DNA of 64,000 nucleotides from Adineta vaga (lineage: Eukaryota; Animalia; Rotifera). The stretch is taken from positions 12,772,001 to 12,836,000 of the forward strand of contig CP075495.1 in NCBI GenBank assembly GCA_021613535.1, given 5' to 3'. Below the pieces are notes generated by a model. That model had not been told where the DNA came from. It ran no database searches and saw only the letters and a program-made list of their open reading frames with translations. This document shows positions 1 through 13,948 of this stretch, one piece after another (position 1 is the first letter of the stretch; each line of letters opens with the position of its first letter). The position numbers were made by a program, and so were the translations under genes.

Positions 1-572
1 TAAGAAATATATCTGGATCATGGGCTTGTACTCGACCGATTAATGTTCCTGGTGGTGTATCTTCGGGTATTATAAAATGAAAATGTTCATTTTCAAATTG
101 TGGCACATGATCATTAACATCAAGAATAACAATCGACAATTGAATAGTTATTATGTCATTTTCATCCATATCATTTTCTGTAACTAATTGTCTTCGTATT
201 GTGAACATTGGTGTTTGTTCACGATCAAGTAAACGAATAACATGTAAATTTAATGTACAACTATCATTTGTTATTAATAAAACTTCAAATGGTACATCAT
301 GACGATAAAAATTCGATTTCATAGAATACATGGAACAAAATGATGAATCAAATGTATCAATAATTTGTGTATGACCTATTGGTACATCCTCAGAAACAAA
401 TAGCCTATTTAAAAAAATGTATATATAAAACTAAACAAAACTCGAAATGATTTCAAAATACTTACATATATGTTCGATTACGATCTGATTTAACTGCTGA
501 AGAATCTTCATCATTTGTTTGTGTTAGTAAGATAACGGAGGAAAAAGTCAAAATACTAATTAATCTGAACAT
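1..572 (-). CDS. Cadherin/protocadherin, 5' part (runs off window start)
   Basis: ATG at 572 with signal-peptide-like MFRLISILTFSSVILLTQT. Intron at about 403-465. Cadherin motifs SED, LDRE, DVNDHVPQF, PED and AHDPD. Confidence 0.85.
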
Positions 573-2012
573 TCTAGATCTATAGTAATGTTCAACTATG
601 ATCGCATATGTTGGTATTTAGATGTATCAACGAATATATATATATATATATATTTGTATGAATAGGGGTGTCACATAACACTTAACATACGATTAAAGAA
701 TAGTTCAACGAGTTCCAAATGACGACAATTGTTGTTTGATGACATTGATGTTTTATTCTTCGAACTACTGAACAATTTCTTTTTTTTTGTTACGTATAAA
801 TGCCGATATATCGGTATACCAATTATCTAGTTTATTCTTTCATTCATTCGGATTTTTTTCTTCTTCTTCTTCTTCTATTGAATATACATATTTAAAAAAA
901 AAGAAATGAAGAATATTGTGACCTGAAGGCTTTCGATTCCTTTATCAAACCAATTCACTCACTTGTACTATATTAAAATAAGAATAAGATAGGATGGTTG
1001 AGTGCATACGATTATTGAATTTGAAGTCGACAATCTCTTTTTCTCTCAAGATGATGAACTGAATAAATAGTCAAAAATGAAGACGTAAATCACATATGCA
1101 AGACATACATCCAATACGGATATACCGCCTATTGTAAGGCATTTACTTTCTTTTGCCTTCAGGTAATGAGCACTTGCGTGCTCATTGTACATATAGATAC
1201 ATGACAACGACTAATTCACTATGTATATAGACTTACTTGTTGTCTATCGGTCTGATTGTCTGTACAGGAAAAAAAGAGAGAAAAGAAGATGCTGTTTGTA
1301 TTAACAATAGATCATTAAATTAAAAGTTCGCTATTCTTCTACTATGTCTTCTGATCTTTGTAACAATGTCTTGGAATTTGAATTTAATTTTTTTTTCACA
1401 TCAATTATTTTGCCTAAAGGTAATCGTACCTTCTATTGTATAACTAGTAAAATACTTATATAATTTTAATAGGTTGAAAAGAGTAAAGAACTTGATTTTA
1501 TCCCTTGATGTATTATGAAATATTCATGTTCAATAAGAACGAAAGGTTATATATGAATAAAAGTAATATCTCATGTCAATCAAGAAAAAAAACGAATAAA
1601 ATCGAAATGACTTTTTCATTGATGATCAGATCGAATTAAACTATAATACTCATTTATTCATCCTTTCTCAATACTTTCAAATGGTTTATTTTGTTAAGGA
1701 ATATAAAACGAATAACTTGAATCATCAATCAGTTATGAAGACGTATATATATAGTGGAAAGATTTAACAAATGAATGAGTATTTCGCTTTTGAATACAAG
1801 AAAAAAAAGAACTAGAGTAACGATGAGAAAAGATGTATTTTTGTTTTCATCAAAAATCAATTGGAACATATAACATAATTAGATATATTGAGAGCAAAAC
1901 AAGATTTCTATTATTGTTCTTTTTCAAGAAATTGATAATTACTAAAAGACAGAAAAGAAAAGACGTTGTTCGGAAGAAATCTTTTTTGTAAACTGTACAA
2001 ATAGAACATCTA

Positions 2013-4233
2013 TTAACAACATCGATTTAAAATAGCATTATTCGATGGACCATTTGTCGTTGATAATGAACTAACGAGTTTATTTGGATCAATACTTTCG
2101 ACAATCATTGATAAACAATCTAAACTTGATACATTTGATGTTGAATGATGTGGTAAGACGACTTCAGCATAGTCTAAATATAATAGACATCTATTTATAT
2201 ATTTATCAATAATTGACTGACTGAGAAATGACAACAGCAACAAAATCGTCTACATTGATGAGTAATTCTCATGATGATGATGATGATGATGATGATGATT
2301 ATGACAGTACCTCCGCCTTAGTTCGATGAAAAAGATACATATCAGACATACTGTCTTTCAATCGTAGAACATGTGTTGTTGAAACATCAAAAAAAAACAT
2401 TCATTTGCATCATCATCATCATCAACACGCTATTTAGCACGTTTGACGAAGCGAAACATATTATGGAGAGAAGAGAAGAGAAAAGAAACGAATCTTATGA
2501 TCCGTTTGATTTCTTTTCATTTGTTTTTTTCTTTAATACTTATTTCGACACTAATGTTTTAAATGATCGATATATTTCACATGTAAAATCGATTATTATT
2601 TAACGATTGATATATTCATAGAAGAGAAAACATCATGTAATGAATTCTATTCACTTACTATCAAGAGTTCCATAAACAGATGGTGTTGATGAATTAGTAT
2701 TGTAATCCGTAGTTGTTGTTGCTGCTATTGATGATGAGGTATTATATTTTTCACTGTAGTTTGTCGTTGACGATCTTGATTTTAATAACTAAATAAATGT
2801 ATATAGGAGAAAAAAAAGATCAATGTCTGGTCTTTTTCTACTAAGACAATAGGAGAAAATGTGCAGAATGACACGATCATCTTCTTTAGAAATGTAAACA
2901 TTCAATTATTGTTGATAAGAAAAAGAAATGAACAATGATCAAACATATTTATTAGAGTAAAGAGAGAGAACTTGATATTAACAGTGTATAGCATCTTTGT
3001 TCTGTTCTTTCTGTTTTTCTTTTGTACTCTTAACGAGAGACTTATTCTGATAGATATAGTCGAGTAAGAATCGAACTATGTAGAAAAGAGAAGAGCTAGC
3101 TAATGAGAAGGTCGATTTACAACTACAAAAGATATTGAGTTGTCTTATTATGGAAGATAATGTTATAACTCAATCGAATTCATGGATTATTTTCTGAGAA
3201 TACATAAATAATGAATAAAATTCTTACGTCATTTGAATTCGTTGTTGTTGTTGTTGTTAAAGATGGTTTTTGATCTAAATCATGTCTGATTGATCTTGAA
3301 CTAACACCTGCAGAACGAAGTAAATCTTCGAGATTTTCAATATATTCAATCGCATTTCGTAGAATTTCCACTTTTGGTAAACGTTGACTTGGATTTGGAC
3401 ATGTACGTTTTTTTAACGTTTCAAACGCTTCATTAACTTTACGTAAGCGTCTTCGTTCACGCATTGTAGCAGCTTTTCGTCTATCAACGGTTACAGTTTT
3501 ACGTTTACATGCTTTACATGCCCATAAAAGGCATCGACGTGTACCATCACAAGAACCAGTACCTGGTATCGATGTATTATTTGGATCGGTTGTTGTACCT
3601 GTATGATGATCATTTCGATGTGGTGTTAATGCTAAATTGGATTGTTCATCGCCCGATTGACTTGAAGGTGATCGTGATCCAGCTGCTGAAGATGACATAA
3701 TTGAACTCGTTGGTGAAACATGTGAATGTGTTGTTGTTGATTGTATTTGTGATGTTGAATAAAAGCCATTAGTATTGTTAAGATGAACTTTTTCTGGATT
3801 AAGTTCTGATGATGATGGCTGGTGGAGAAAGTGATGGTGCTCGAAGATGAATATATGATGAATTAGTTGATTGTAGAGTTGAATAATGTGGTAAAAATGA
3901 GGATGAAGAAGAAGATGTATTCGTAGTTGGAGTTAGTGATGAAGCATCAAGATCATATGTTGAATAGTTACGAATATTTGTTGGATATGGATGTTGTTGC
4001 TGTTGTTGATGTTGTTGTTGATGATGATGATAAAATTGTGATGCGTAAGATGGTGCAAATTGAGCAACAGCAGCATATTGTCCATCAACAGTTGAATACA
4101 ATTGAGTTGCAGAAGTATTAGCATTGTTTGGATGGAAATAAGCACCATAAGATGAAACAGAAACAGGTGCTGCCGAAGATACCGATGGACCATCACAGTA
4201 CTGTTGTTGACAACTGCGAAAATCTGTCATCAT
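2013..4233 (-). CDS. MyoD: Myogenic bHLH factor (MyoD/nautilus/hlh-1 family)
   Basis: [12 protein letters not shown]...[52 protein letters not shown]. Last exon carries helix [16 protein letters not shown]. Exons about 4233-3228, 2789-2657 and 2173-2013. One frameshift near 3819. Confidence 0.95.
2271..2299. repeat. (ATG/CAT)n microsatellite in MyoD intron
   Basis: About 9 tandem atg units read directly. Confidence 0.9.
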
Positions 4234-7200
4234 TGTGATTCGATTTCAAGAGATTATAATACTTAATGTAGAGATGTACAATCGAACAATATGTATCAAA
4301 TATAAAACAAAAGTCTATTACTGGATTTCGTAATGATGTATCTTCTTTTTCTTTTCTCTCTTATTCTATTTCTTCTCGTTATTGTCTTCTTCTTCTTCTC
4401 TCTGGTTTCCTTTTATCTGGTTGGTCGATTGAGACTATGTTTGATGGAAGGATCGAATAGCAATTAAGAAACGTTTTTTTTCTTCTTCTCCTTTCTCTCT
4501 TAGTATTGATGATGCTGATGTACCAGCAAACTGATAACAGATGAAGGCAAAGAAATCGAGTACTCAATGATAAGATATTTAAGTTGAGAACGAATGATCA
4601 AATTAAAGTGTGAGAATATTCTTTTTTTTACTATTATATGAAACAATACATCGAAACAAACATATTTTACTCATTCCATTATAAATTGTTTGTAAGAAAA
4701 CAATTTGAAAAATTCAATCTATACGAAGGATTGGTATGTTTTGATGGCATTGCTTGATTGAAAAATCCAGAGAAAAATAACTGATCGATCATGATGTTCG
4801 AGTAAGATAAAAACAGGTGTGTGTTTTGTCGAAGAAATTACTATTAGTCATTATTGTCTGTAAAAACGATTACAGTAGAAAAGACATTTATCGATTGTCA
4901 AGAAAGATAATGGCACAATTCAACTAGAGAAATAGAACAATACTACACAAATGATGATCATTCTATGAAAGACAAGAAACAAAATCAATTATATTCATGT
5001 CAAAAATGTATAGATGGATATGTATCTCTAAGAAATAAATGAATATCGACAATCGTTTGAATGCAAAGAAAACATGGAAGAAGATATTTTATTTATTCAT
5101 GTTTTGTTTTGTTTGAGAAAAAAAGGAAAATTTCGAGAGATGAAAGAGAAGAGAAAAAATTAGTATAAATGACAAAAGGTAATTACTTCGTTTTTTTCTT
5201 TTACTTTTATCTCTATATGAGCTCGAAGCTACTCCCTCGGTGGGGAAACACATCGATGATGTTGGACTTTGTTAATTGATATGTTGGAGTTCTATTCCAC
5301 TGAGAATGATATGCTTACATTGGATCGATACCGATGAGTAAAGAACAAAGCAAATTAGGCTGTGATTTTCGTCTCAAGAATCGTGGGTGGTCGATATTTA
5401 TATATACATATATATATATATCTAGAAATACGTATATACACACATACATGCTGGAGAAGAATCTTCTTAATCTAAAATGTTAAATAAACATACGTATATA
5501 AGAACGTATATGTCCTTGCGAGAGAAAAAGAAAATCGCCTATGAGCATTGGGAATTCATATGAGATAACAAGAGCACATCATTTATTAATATAGAATTAC
5601 AAATATTTAGAAGTTAATAAGAAAAAATTTGTTTTCTATATGAATTATACATCTGAAAGAAGGAGAGCAAAGCATTGATAATTGTTTGAAAATAGTTTTC
5701 ATGGTTAGATGATTTTTTTTTTCATTTCGAATGCTAATGATATATCGATCGCTGATCGATTCGGCATATTCTTTTTAGCTAAAAAAAATTGATACACTAT
5801 TCGTGATGGTTTAAGAATTAAAAATGCAGAGAAAAAAAGGCAAGCTCATTAGTTCCGGTAATCAATTGATCGGCATGTTGAAGAATAAGTCAGAGCTAAA
5901 GAGAAGAAGAAACACCGACACGTTGATGCTTCTTCGTTTTTCGAATTGTATTTAATGTTTCCCCAGAGGGGGTGAATGTTTGATCAAGTGATGGAAAAAA
6001 ACCTATCAATGTTATGAATCGAATACGGTCGTGTCTTTTGCTGAATATATTTTAATGAAGGAAAAATTCATTTTCATAATGATTTATAACTACACTGACT
6101 TGTTTCATTTTTCTCAGAGCAAAGTAATAATTTCGATTTATGTAAATGCGCATCATCTTTCAAAAGATATTGTTTTCTGCTTATCTTGAAAAATAATGGA
6201 GTAAAATGAATATGTACTGATAATTAATCAAGATAGGAATCGAATTTTTAAACTTTATACTTGTGTATTTGTTCGATATACGAAGAATGACTCTTTTTTC
6301 GTCAAAAAAAGTTTTGTTTTGTGTGTTTTAAAAATGGAGCGCATCCAGTTTCCTCAGATAAATCTAAAAGATATAATTTATCAATAATTGAAAATCAAAA
6401 AACGACACAGTATTTCATATTTGATGTTTCTTATAACAAGACTTGTCTAACGTCTTTCATTGGACAACAAAGCGATCGTACAGAAATATTTTCGCACGTT
6501 GAAGAATTTCCTCAAAAAAAGCAAACAATACATCATAAACAATATGGCAACCTAACGTTCGATAGGTAATTGAATAGAAGAGTAAAGCAAATTATTTGTA
6601 AACGATAAAAATCGTAAATTCCTATTCAATGAATTCGTGCTTGTCATAATTATTAGAATAGTGTCGATTGAGAACAGCAGGATGTTAAAAAATTCTACAC
6701 CAGCAAACTTTCGTTTGATAAAATATTCCGGAAAGTGATTTCTGTTTGCCTTTCCATCAATATACTAAAGCAAATATTTATCTTTTCTTTTCCATAATTC
6801 TCTTTCTTTGAATAACAAAAGTCAAGTGTTGATTGATAAAATAAAATCAAGTTTTACATAAAACATCCAAGGCGATTTATTGTTATAAACCGAATAGATA
6901 GAGACAACAGTTATAAAAATGCACAGATTAAATGATAAATGACAAAGAAAATAATAACAACAACAACAATTATGATAAAAATATTTCTTTCTTCAACGTT
7001 TCAGCTTAATTCAGATGATTCACAATTTGTTGATTTTGTTAAACAAAAGACGAATATTTTTTTCAAGAATAAACTCTCTATCAATACATCGAAAAATACG
7101 ACATTTATATTTTTTATATAAAAAACCATGAATAGTAAGGAACATTACAGGACAACAATTATAAATGATAGTCGAATGTATTTATACGTATATATGGTTT

Positions 7201-7239
7201 TTGATTCAGATACTTTTCTTCGTGTGTAGCTTCTTTTAT

Positions 7240-8222
7240 TTAATCAGCCAATGGAATATGTTCAATTTCATTATCGGGTGGTCGTTGATAACCAGGATTA
7301 CCAACCAAATAAAGAATAATACCAGCGAAAATCAGAACAAAGACGCCAAAGAAACAAATTAAATTTCGTTGATACTTTACACTATTATCTTTGTAGATTT
7401 CCTTACTAAAATAAACATCAGAACATTCAATGAAATAAAAAATAATCATCAATCATCTGATTTTTCTTACAAAATACTATATTCTGTAATACCCATAAGA
7501 ACAGATGCAACAGCAAGTGAAAAGATAGCTTTACCCCAGAATTTATGACTAAAATAAAGAAGAAAAAAGAGTGAATTACGAAAATAAATATTAACATCAA
7601 CCTTGGCATATAAGCTTTACGAATTTCTTCACTTAATTTCGGAAATAGAAAACTAACAAAGCCACACACCCATTGTGCTCCGAATAAAATCACTGCTGTT
7701 AAACCAACCCATGAATGTAATGAATAAAGATTTTTCTTTGGTGGATTCGCATAATTATGATTATCAAAAACTGCTTTGAGACCAATAGTTGCGAAAATAA
7801 ATGAAAGTGCCAATAAAGAACCATGTAAAATTTTCACACGTAATTTTTTCACATCACGAAATACTCGATAAGATAAAATCGCTTAAAAAAAATAAACATG
7901 AAAATCAACACAACGAACAGATATAACTCACCATCTCCATAGAAAAAAATCATACCCAACGTCATAAATAATGGGTGATAATTAAATTCTTTGTCGATAT
8001 CCTAATAAAAAAGGGAAAAGATAACAAAAATATAGTTAAATAGTATTCAGACTAAATAAGTGTCCTTACAGTCCAACCAAATCCACCGCGATATTGACCG
8101 AAAAGGATTGCAAGAAGAATGATAGCAAGAACGCCAACAATTTGCGAACTTAATACCATTAACGAAAACCATTGTAATGTTACTCGAGTTGAACCAATTT
8201 CATCAAACTTTCCTTTGCCCAT
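7240..8222 (-). CDS. Cytochrome b561 family protein
   Basis: Spliced exons give FNYHPLFMTLG, KILHGSLL, AVFDNHN, NLYSLHSWVG and HKFWG, the His heme-ligand motifs of CYB561/CYBRD1. Confidence 0.93.
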
Positions 8223-9014
8223 GTTTACTACGATATGAGAAAAATAATCTGCAAGAGACAAACATTAGTCTTTATTCTCAAAAAAAAGTGATTCGATCGG
8301 TAGTGTTTCTTCTTTCTCTTTACATGATAAGAATAGAAAAAAAAGAACGTTGATGTCCTACTGACATATGCTCATGTTTGCATTAACAGAAGAAAAGTTT
8401 TTTTCTAGATCGACTAAATATGAATGAATGAATGAATGACAATCAAAAAATCTATGACATTAGACAATTGATTGATTATTTATGCAAATCTGAAAGCCAT
8501 CGTCATCCATACAAGCAAAACATAACTTACAAATAAAATAGGAAAATTCGACAACAAATTGACCGATTAAAATGAGCAGATATAAAAATAATAACTGAAT
8601 TCTATACGAAAAGCTATGTAATGTAACATACACAACTACACATTGTCTATTTTGTATCAAAAGTAAAGACGACGTAGATCTTTTATTTTCTACCGTATAC
8701 AATCAGCAACAAATAAAAACTGCCAGAAACAATTAATATGTCTTCAAACACAATGCCAAGAGAAGAGAACAGCAACAGCGAGAGAAATTGTTTATACATA
8801 CTTCCATATGATCAACTATAACATGTTATTCATAGAGTTTTATTTACAGAATTGGATTGGTTAACAAGAACAACCAATCATATTTACTCTCCATTTCGAA
8901 ATAATCATCAAATTGTTTTGAATTGAAGAGAATCCATGTCCATAGTTATATTTCCTACTACTACTACCGATTTCTCTTGTTTTTTTCAAGATATTTTATA
9001 ACCTGCGATAAAAA

Positions 9015-10958
9015 ATGCCTCCTAAACAACAACCAAGTAAAAAAACAGTCGACAAAGTGAAAGCGAAGATCGTTGAAGTAAGGAATAGAAATTGTTTCAA
9101 ATAAGAAATAAACAAAAACGATTTTCGTTAATATTTCCTAGGACAAAACATTTGGTTTGAAAAACAAAAAGGGTTCAAAAAATCAGAAATTCATTGCTCA
9201 AGTACAAAATCAAGTGCAAAATGCTGGCAAATCAGCACGAGAAGTTGGTTTTCCTTTATAATTTATCTAAGATATTCTAAGAAGTCATTTATCATTGCTA
9301 GATTGCTAAAATGCAAGAAGAAAAAGAAAAGCGAAAAGAAGAAAAGAAAAAAGCTGAAGCTGAATTACAAACACTTTTCAAACCAGTTATTAGTCAACAA
9401 GTTTTACCTGCTGGTAAAGAATATCGTATTCGATTGACGATGCCATTGAATTTATTTTGATTTAAGGTGCTGATCCCAAATCGGTCTTATGTGTCTACTT
9501 CAAACAAGGATCATGTACAAAAGGCGCTAAATGTAAATTTTCACATGATCTTGCCGTTGAACGTAAAGCAGAAAAACGTAGTTTATATGATGACGTACGT
9601 GATAGCGGTAATAAAGAAAATGGTATGTATAGATAATAGAAGAATGAAATAAATTTGAATTGATGACTATTTAGAAACAATGGCAAATTGGGATGATGCA
9701 CAATTAGCTGAGGTTGTTGAACAAAGACATGGTGAAGAAAATCGAAAGAAGAATGCAACACAAATCGTAAGTCGTATTGTAAAAGACATCAGAAGAAGAA
9801 TTAGGAAGTGTTTTTTGTTTTCTTTGCTATAGGTTTGCAAATACTTTCTTGAAGCTGTAGAGAACAATACTTACGGATGGTTTTGGGCTTGTCGTAAGTT
9901 ATTTATTTTCGACAAAATAAATATTCTACGAAAGATTGATTTTTCCTTTTCCTCTCTTAGAAAATGGTTCTGCTTGTCAATATAAACATGCTCTACCGCC
10001 AGGTTAGTGTTTCATCGTACAAGTGAATTTCAGTTGAATGTATATTCTATCCATATAGGTTTTATGTTGAAACGTGATAGAAAATTGTTGGATGATCAAA
10101 AAGAAACCATATCACTTGAAGATTTAATTGAAAGTGAACGTGCTTCATTAGGTATTAGTGTAACTAAAGTTACTCTGGATACATTTCTTGCATGGAAAAA
10201 ACGAAAAATAGAAGAAAAGAAACAACAATTAGTCAAAGAAGAAGAGAAAAAACGAAATGATTTTGTTAAACATGGTCGTTTAATGGGTCTATCTGGTCGA
10301 GAAATGTTTACATTCAATCCAGATTTAATTGCTAATGACGATGAAGACGCAGATAATGATATTGATTATCGACATCGATCTGATGATGAAGATGATGATG
10401 AAGAAGAGATGAATGATGAAAATGAACAGGGAACTGTAGGAGAATCGAAATGAAATGAACTATGAAATTCGATTTTTATTTTTAGGCATCAGCTATTCGC
10501 AAGCCAGCGATACGGGATTTAAATGATATTGATTTATTAGCACAACAAGCCCGTGAAGCTGATAATACGGGTACTATAGCCACTGAAGATCGATTTGACA
10601 ATTATCGTAGGATGGAACGAGAAAAACAAGAAAGACGAAAAGTATTTGCTGAACAAGGTTTGAACAAAAGAATATTTTCAAATAGAATAAAAAAAAACAA
10701 TTCATCATTTTTATTTTAGCTGCCCTTGCTGAAGAAGCAAATAAACTAGATCAAGCAACTGGCGGTGGCGCTGCTAGTGCATCTGCTTCAACTTATGATG
10801 ATACGGCCTCAACAGTTAACAATGAAGATGATGATGATGCCGAAGATGATAATGATGAAAATGCCGACAACGAAGAAGTACAAATTGATGAGGATTTATT
10901 TGCTGATGATCTTGAAGATGTCGAAGAGCAACTACGTGAAACAAATTTTACATCCTAA
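9015..10958 (+). CDS. ZC3H15: Zinc finger CCCH protein 15 (DFRP1)
   Basis: [10 protein letters not shown]...[75 protein letters not shown] and [14 protein letters not shown]. Acidic tail. Confidence 0.95.
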
Positions 10959-11224
10959 AAAAATTTGTATAAATAGCATTGCTCATGCATGTCTTTTTCT
11001 TTGCCTTCAGTCTTTGACATATTGAATGTGTGGGATATTTATATTTTTCTTTCTTCCTTTGTTAATGTTCCACCATGATTTATTTGAAGACTGAATGTGC
11101 TCAGACTATTTTGGATGCTAATAAACCCAAATAACAACAAAAAAAAATACATGAACTTAGAATTCCAACTAATCAAAATCTTTGATTGTTTTGTTTTTCG
11201 ATTATTTTCAGATCAGTCGAGCAA

Positions 11225-12780
11225 ATGCGTGTGTGTCGTTGTTCATTACGAAGATTGTTTTCATTTTTAAAATTAAGTGATATACATATTTGTCGTCGAT
11301 TATCATTAATATATCAGATATTCTATTATAATAATGATGATTCAATTGATCTTCGTATTGATACAGTTCTTCAACCGTTATTTTTCATTACGGATCGTCT
11401 AGCGAAATACTTAGGAAGATTATTCATATGTTTTTTCTTAATTATTATGTCAGTTGTTATTTATATATTTTATACATCAATATTTATTCATCTATATCAA
11501 GCTATTCATCATGAACATAATTATTTGACTTTTCTTAGTCATATTATTGTATCACATTGGCTTCTCATAAATATCATGTTTAATTATATTCAATGTACAC
11601 GAGTTGATCCAGGTTCATCACCAAATTTTGGTTATGTAAAACCTTATGATTTCGATAAAGCAAATCGAGATTTAATGAAAAGACATGAAGCAATTATTGA
11701 TAAGAATAATAATAATAATAACGCAAATGAAGTAACGATAGTGAATTTATCAAATGATGGTAAGTAGTTCGAAAGTTAACTGATGATTTTTGAACTATGA
11801 ATAAAAAGATAAGGAATGAATCGGTTATTGAACAAAACAGTAAAGGAGGCAAACAATTTCGTGAGCAAATTCTAATTACTGAAACTTGTAACATCATGAA
11901 TGGAAACGAAGATCATCATTTGTTTTGATCAAATCTACTGTTTGAAACAGATATGATTAATGGGCAATATTGTGACAAGAGATTTTCATGTTCTCATAAT
12001 TTATATGAAAATCTCTTTATTCTTATTTTTTTAGATGCTGATTATACTGAATTATCAACTAATACGCCTCTCAATTCGTCGAATTCAATCATAAATTCGA
12101 AAATAAATTGTCAAAATGTTTGTCGAAAATGTATTTTTCCCAAACCTTCTCGTGCTCATCATTGTTCGATATGTGCACGTTGTATTTTAAATCAAGATCA
12201 TCATTGTCCATGGATCAATAATTGTGTTGGTCATTTAAATCATCGTTATTTTTTTCAATTTTGTTTTTTTCTAACACTTGGCTCTCTCTATGCTGCAACA
12301 TTAGGTTTTACTGAATTTCAACATTTTCTATTCGGTCGAAAAGTATTCTCCTATTTGGATTTACTTTTTGGTCGACATTTAAATGAAGTCGACGTTTTAC
12401 CAACTGTAACGAATCCATCCATGTATTATACATTTTTATTCTTATTTATTGTTGCTATTACTGCTGGCGTCGTTCTATTTGGCTTTACTCTGTGGCATTT
12501 TTGGTTAATATCACGTGCAGAAACAACAATTGATTTTCATACGAACTCGTCGGAAAGAAAACGTTTGAAACAGATTAAACAAACATTTATCAATCCATAT
12601 GATTTAGGTTTTGTTTTAAATTGGAAAATGTTCTTAGGATTGAATCGATGGTATGAAATACTTTATAGAAATTTTTTACCATCCACACATCGACCATTTT
12701 GTGATGGAATTAATTGGCCAAGACGAAAAATACTAAATTCATTTGAAGAAAAGAAAACTTTAGAAATTATGAATGTTTAA
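11225..12780 (+). CDS. DHHC palmitoyltransferase, ZDHHC16-like
   Basis: CRKCIFPKPSRAHHCSICARCILNQDHHCPWINNCVGHLNHRYFFQF, TM helices, ETTI and NPYDLG. Intron about 11760-12033. Confidence 0.92.
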
Positions 12781-13337
12781 ATGATTTCTTTTTATCTGTG
12801 ATTCAATTCTATGAACAAAATTAAAGTGTGTATATTATAAGACGAATTTTTTGCCTTTAGTTCTTCCATGATCTGTTGCTTTTTCTTTTCATATCATTTG
12901 AGTTACATTTTCCTGTTAGAAAAATAATTTTTTTATTTTCAAAATGAAATTTATTTTATTTCCTTTCAAACTTTGTTTATAAGAAAAAACAAATGAAGAT
13001 CGAAAATAAAATGTCAAATAAATAATGGATAATTATTTGAATGAAATACAGAGCACAAGTGTCTTAATACACTTTACTCAAAAACAAACTGTGAATATTC
13101 CATGACTATTTTGAATGTTTCTTTCTTCTATATAACCATTCACATTAAGAAGAAAATCATCTCGCCGGCAGGTGAGACGGTTTGAATAGGTTTTATCAAG
13201 AATATGAAAAAGACAAATCACCTTATCTCTCTACTGGATTTTATTTTTGAATACTTAAAAAACCGTGTTTGTCTGTATCAAAGCGAAAAACTGAAGAAAA
13301 AGAAAGAAATGGAGCCGATTACATCTTCAAAGCTCAC

Positions 13338-13369
<32 letters not shown>
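13338..13369. repeat. (AAT)n microsatellite
   Basis: About 10 tandem aat units. Confidence 0.9.
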
Positions 13370-13373
<4 letters not shown>

Positions 13374-13948
13374 CAAATACAGTTACTACTATAAACTGTT
13401 TATAAACACGACTGATGGATGAATTCGTGCACGCGCAAACTGAAAATAACTGATAGAAAAAAAAAACATCACTCTATATATTAATCAGTCAAACTACTAA
13501 AACAAACGCTAAAGAAAAAAAAAGAAGAAGAAGAAGAAGAACTGAAAATGATTCTCTGAAATAATATCTGACGTTGCAAACAACGAAGAAGAAAAGACAA
13601 TCACTATGACTTAAGTAATTTTTTGTTTGATCGTTAAGAATACAAACAAAAAAACAGAAGAAGAAAAAATAGAAGAAAACATGATTCATAATACTTATGA
13701 TGCGATAACGACATCCGAAAAAATAACATAAAGAAGAAATAGAAAATTCACTGATATAAAGAGAGAGAGGAAAATGAAAGATACTTGGTTTTTCATCACT
13801 CGGAACTATTTGCGGCAAAGTATTATAAAAAAAACAACAAAGAACGTCTGCTTGCAAAAAGACCGAAAATTATGTGACAACTGAAATAAAATAGAAACTT
13901 GGTTTGTTTTTTATTTTATTTGAACTATTGGATTGAAAATTTACCTGT

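Noticed and set aside
2250-2320. Possible poly-His cassette exon in MyoD
   Set aside because: Splice phase would give poly-Ile rather than poly-His, and the flanking exons already join in frame.
3509-4196. Alternative-frame and antisense ORFs over MyoD (similar ones over nanos, YY1, UBXN6 and IFT140)
   Set aside because: They are shadows of low-complexity coding sequence with no independent motifs.
5215-5400. GC-elevated block upstream of MyoD as a possible snoRNA or miRNA
   Set aside because: No intact C/D boxes or convincing hairpin. It may be an enhancer, but that cannot be supported here.
11808-11930. Coding-like stretch in the ZDHHC intron
   Set aside because: In the phase of the upstream donor it reaches TGA at once, and the acceptor is weak.
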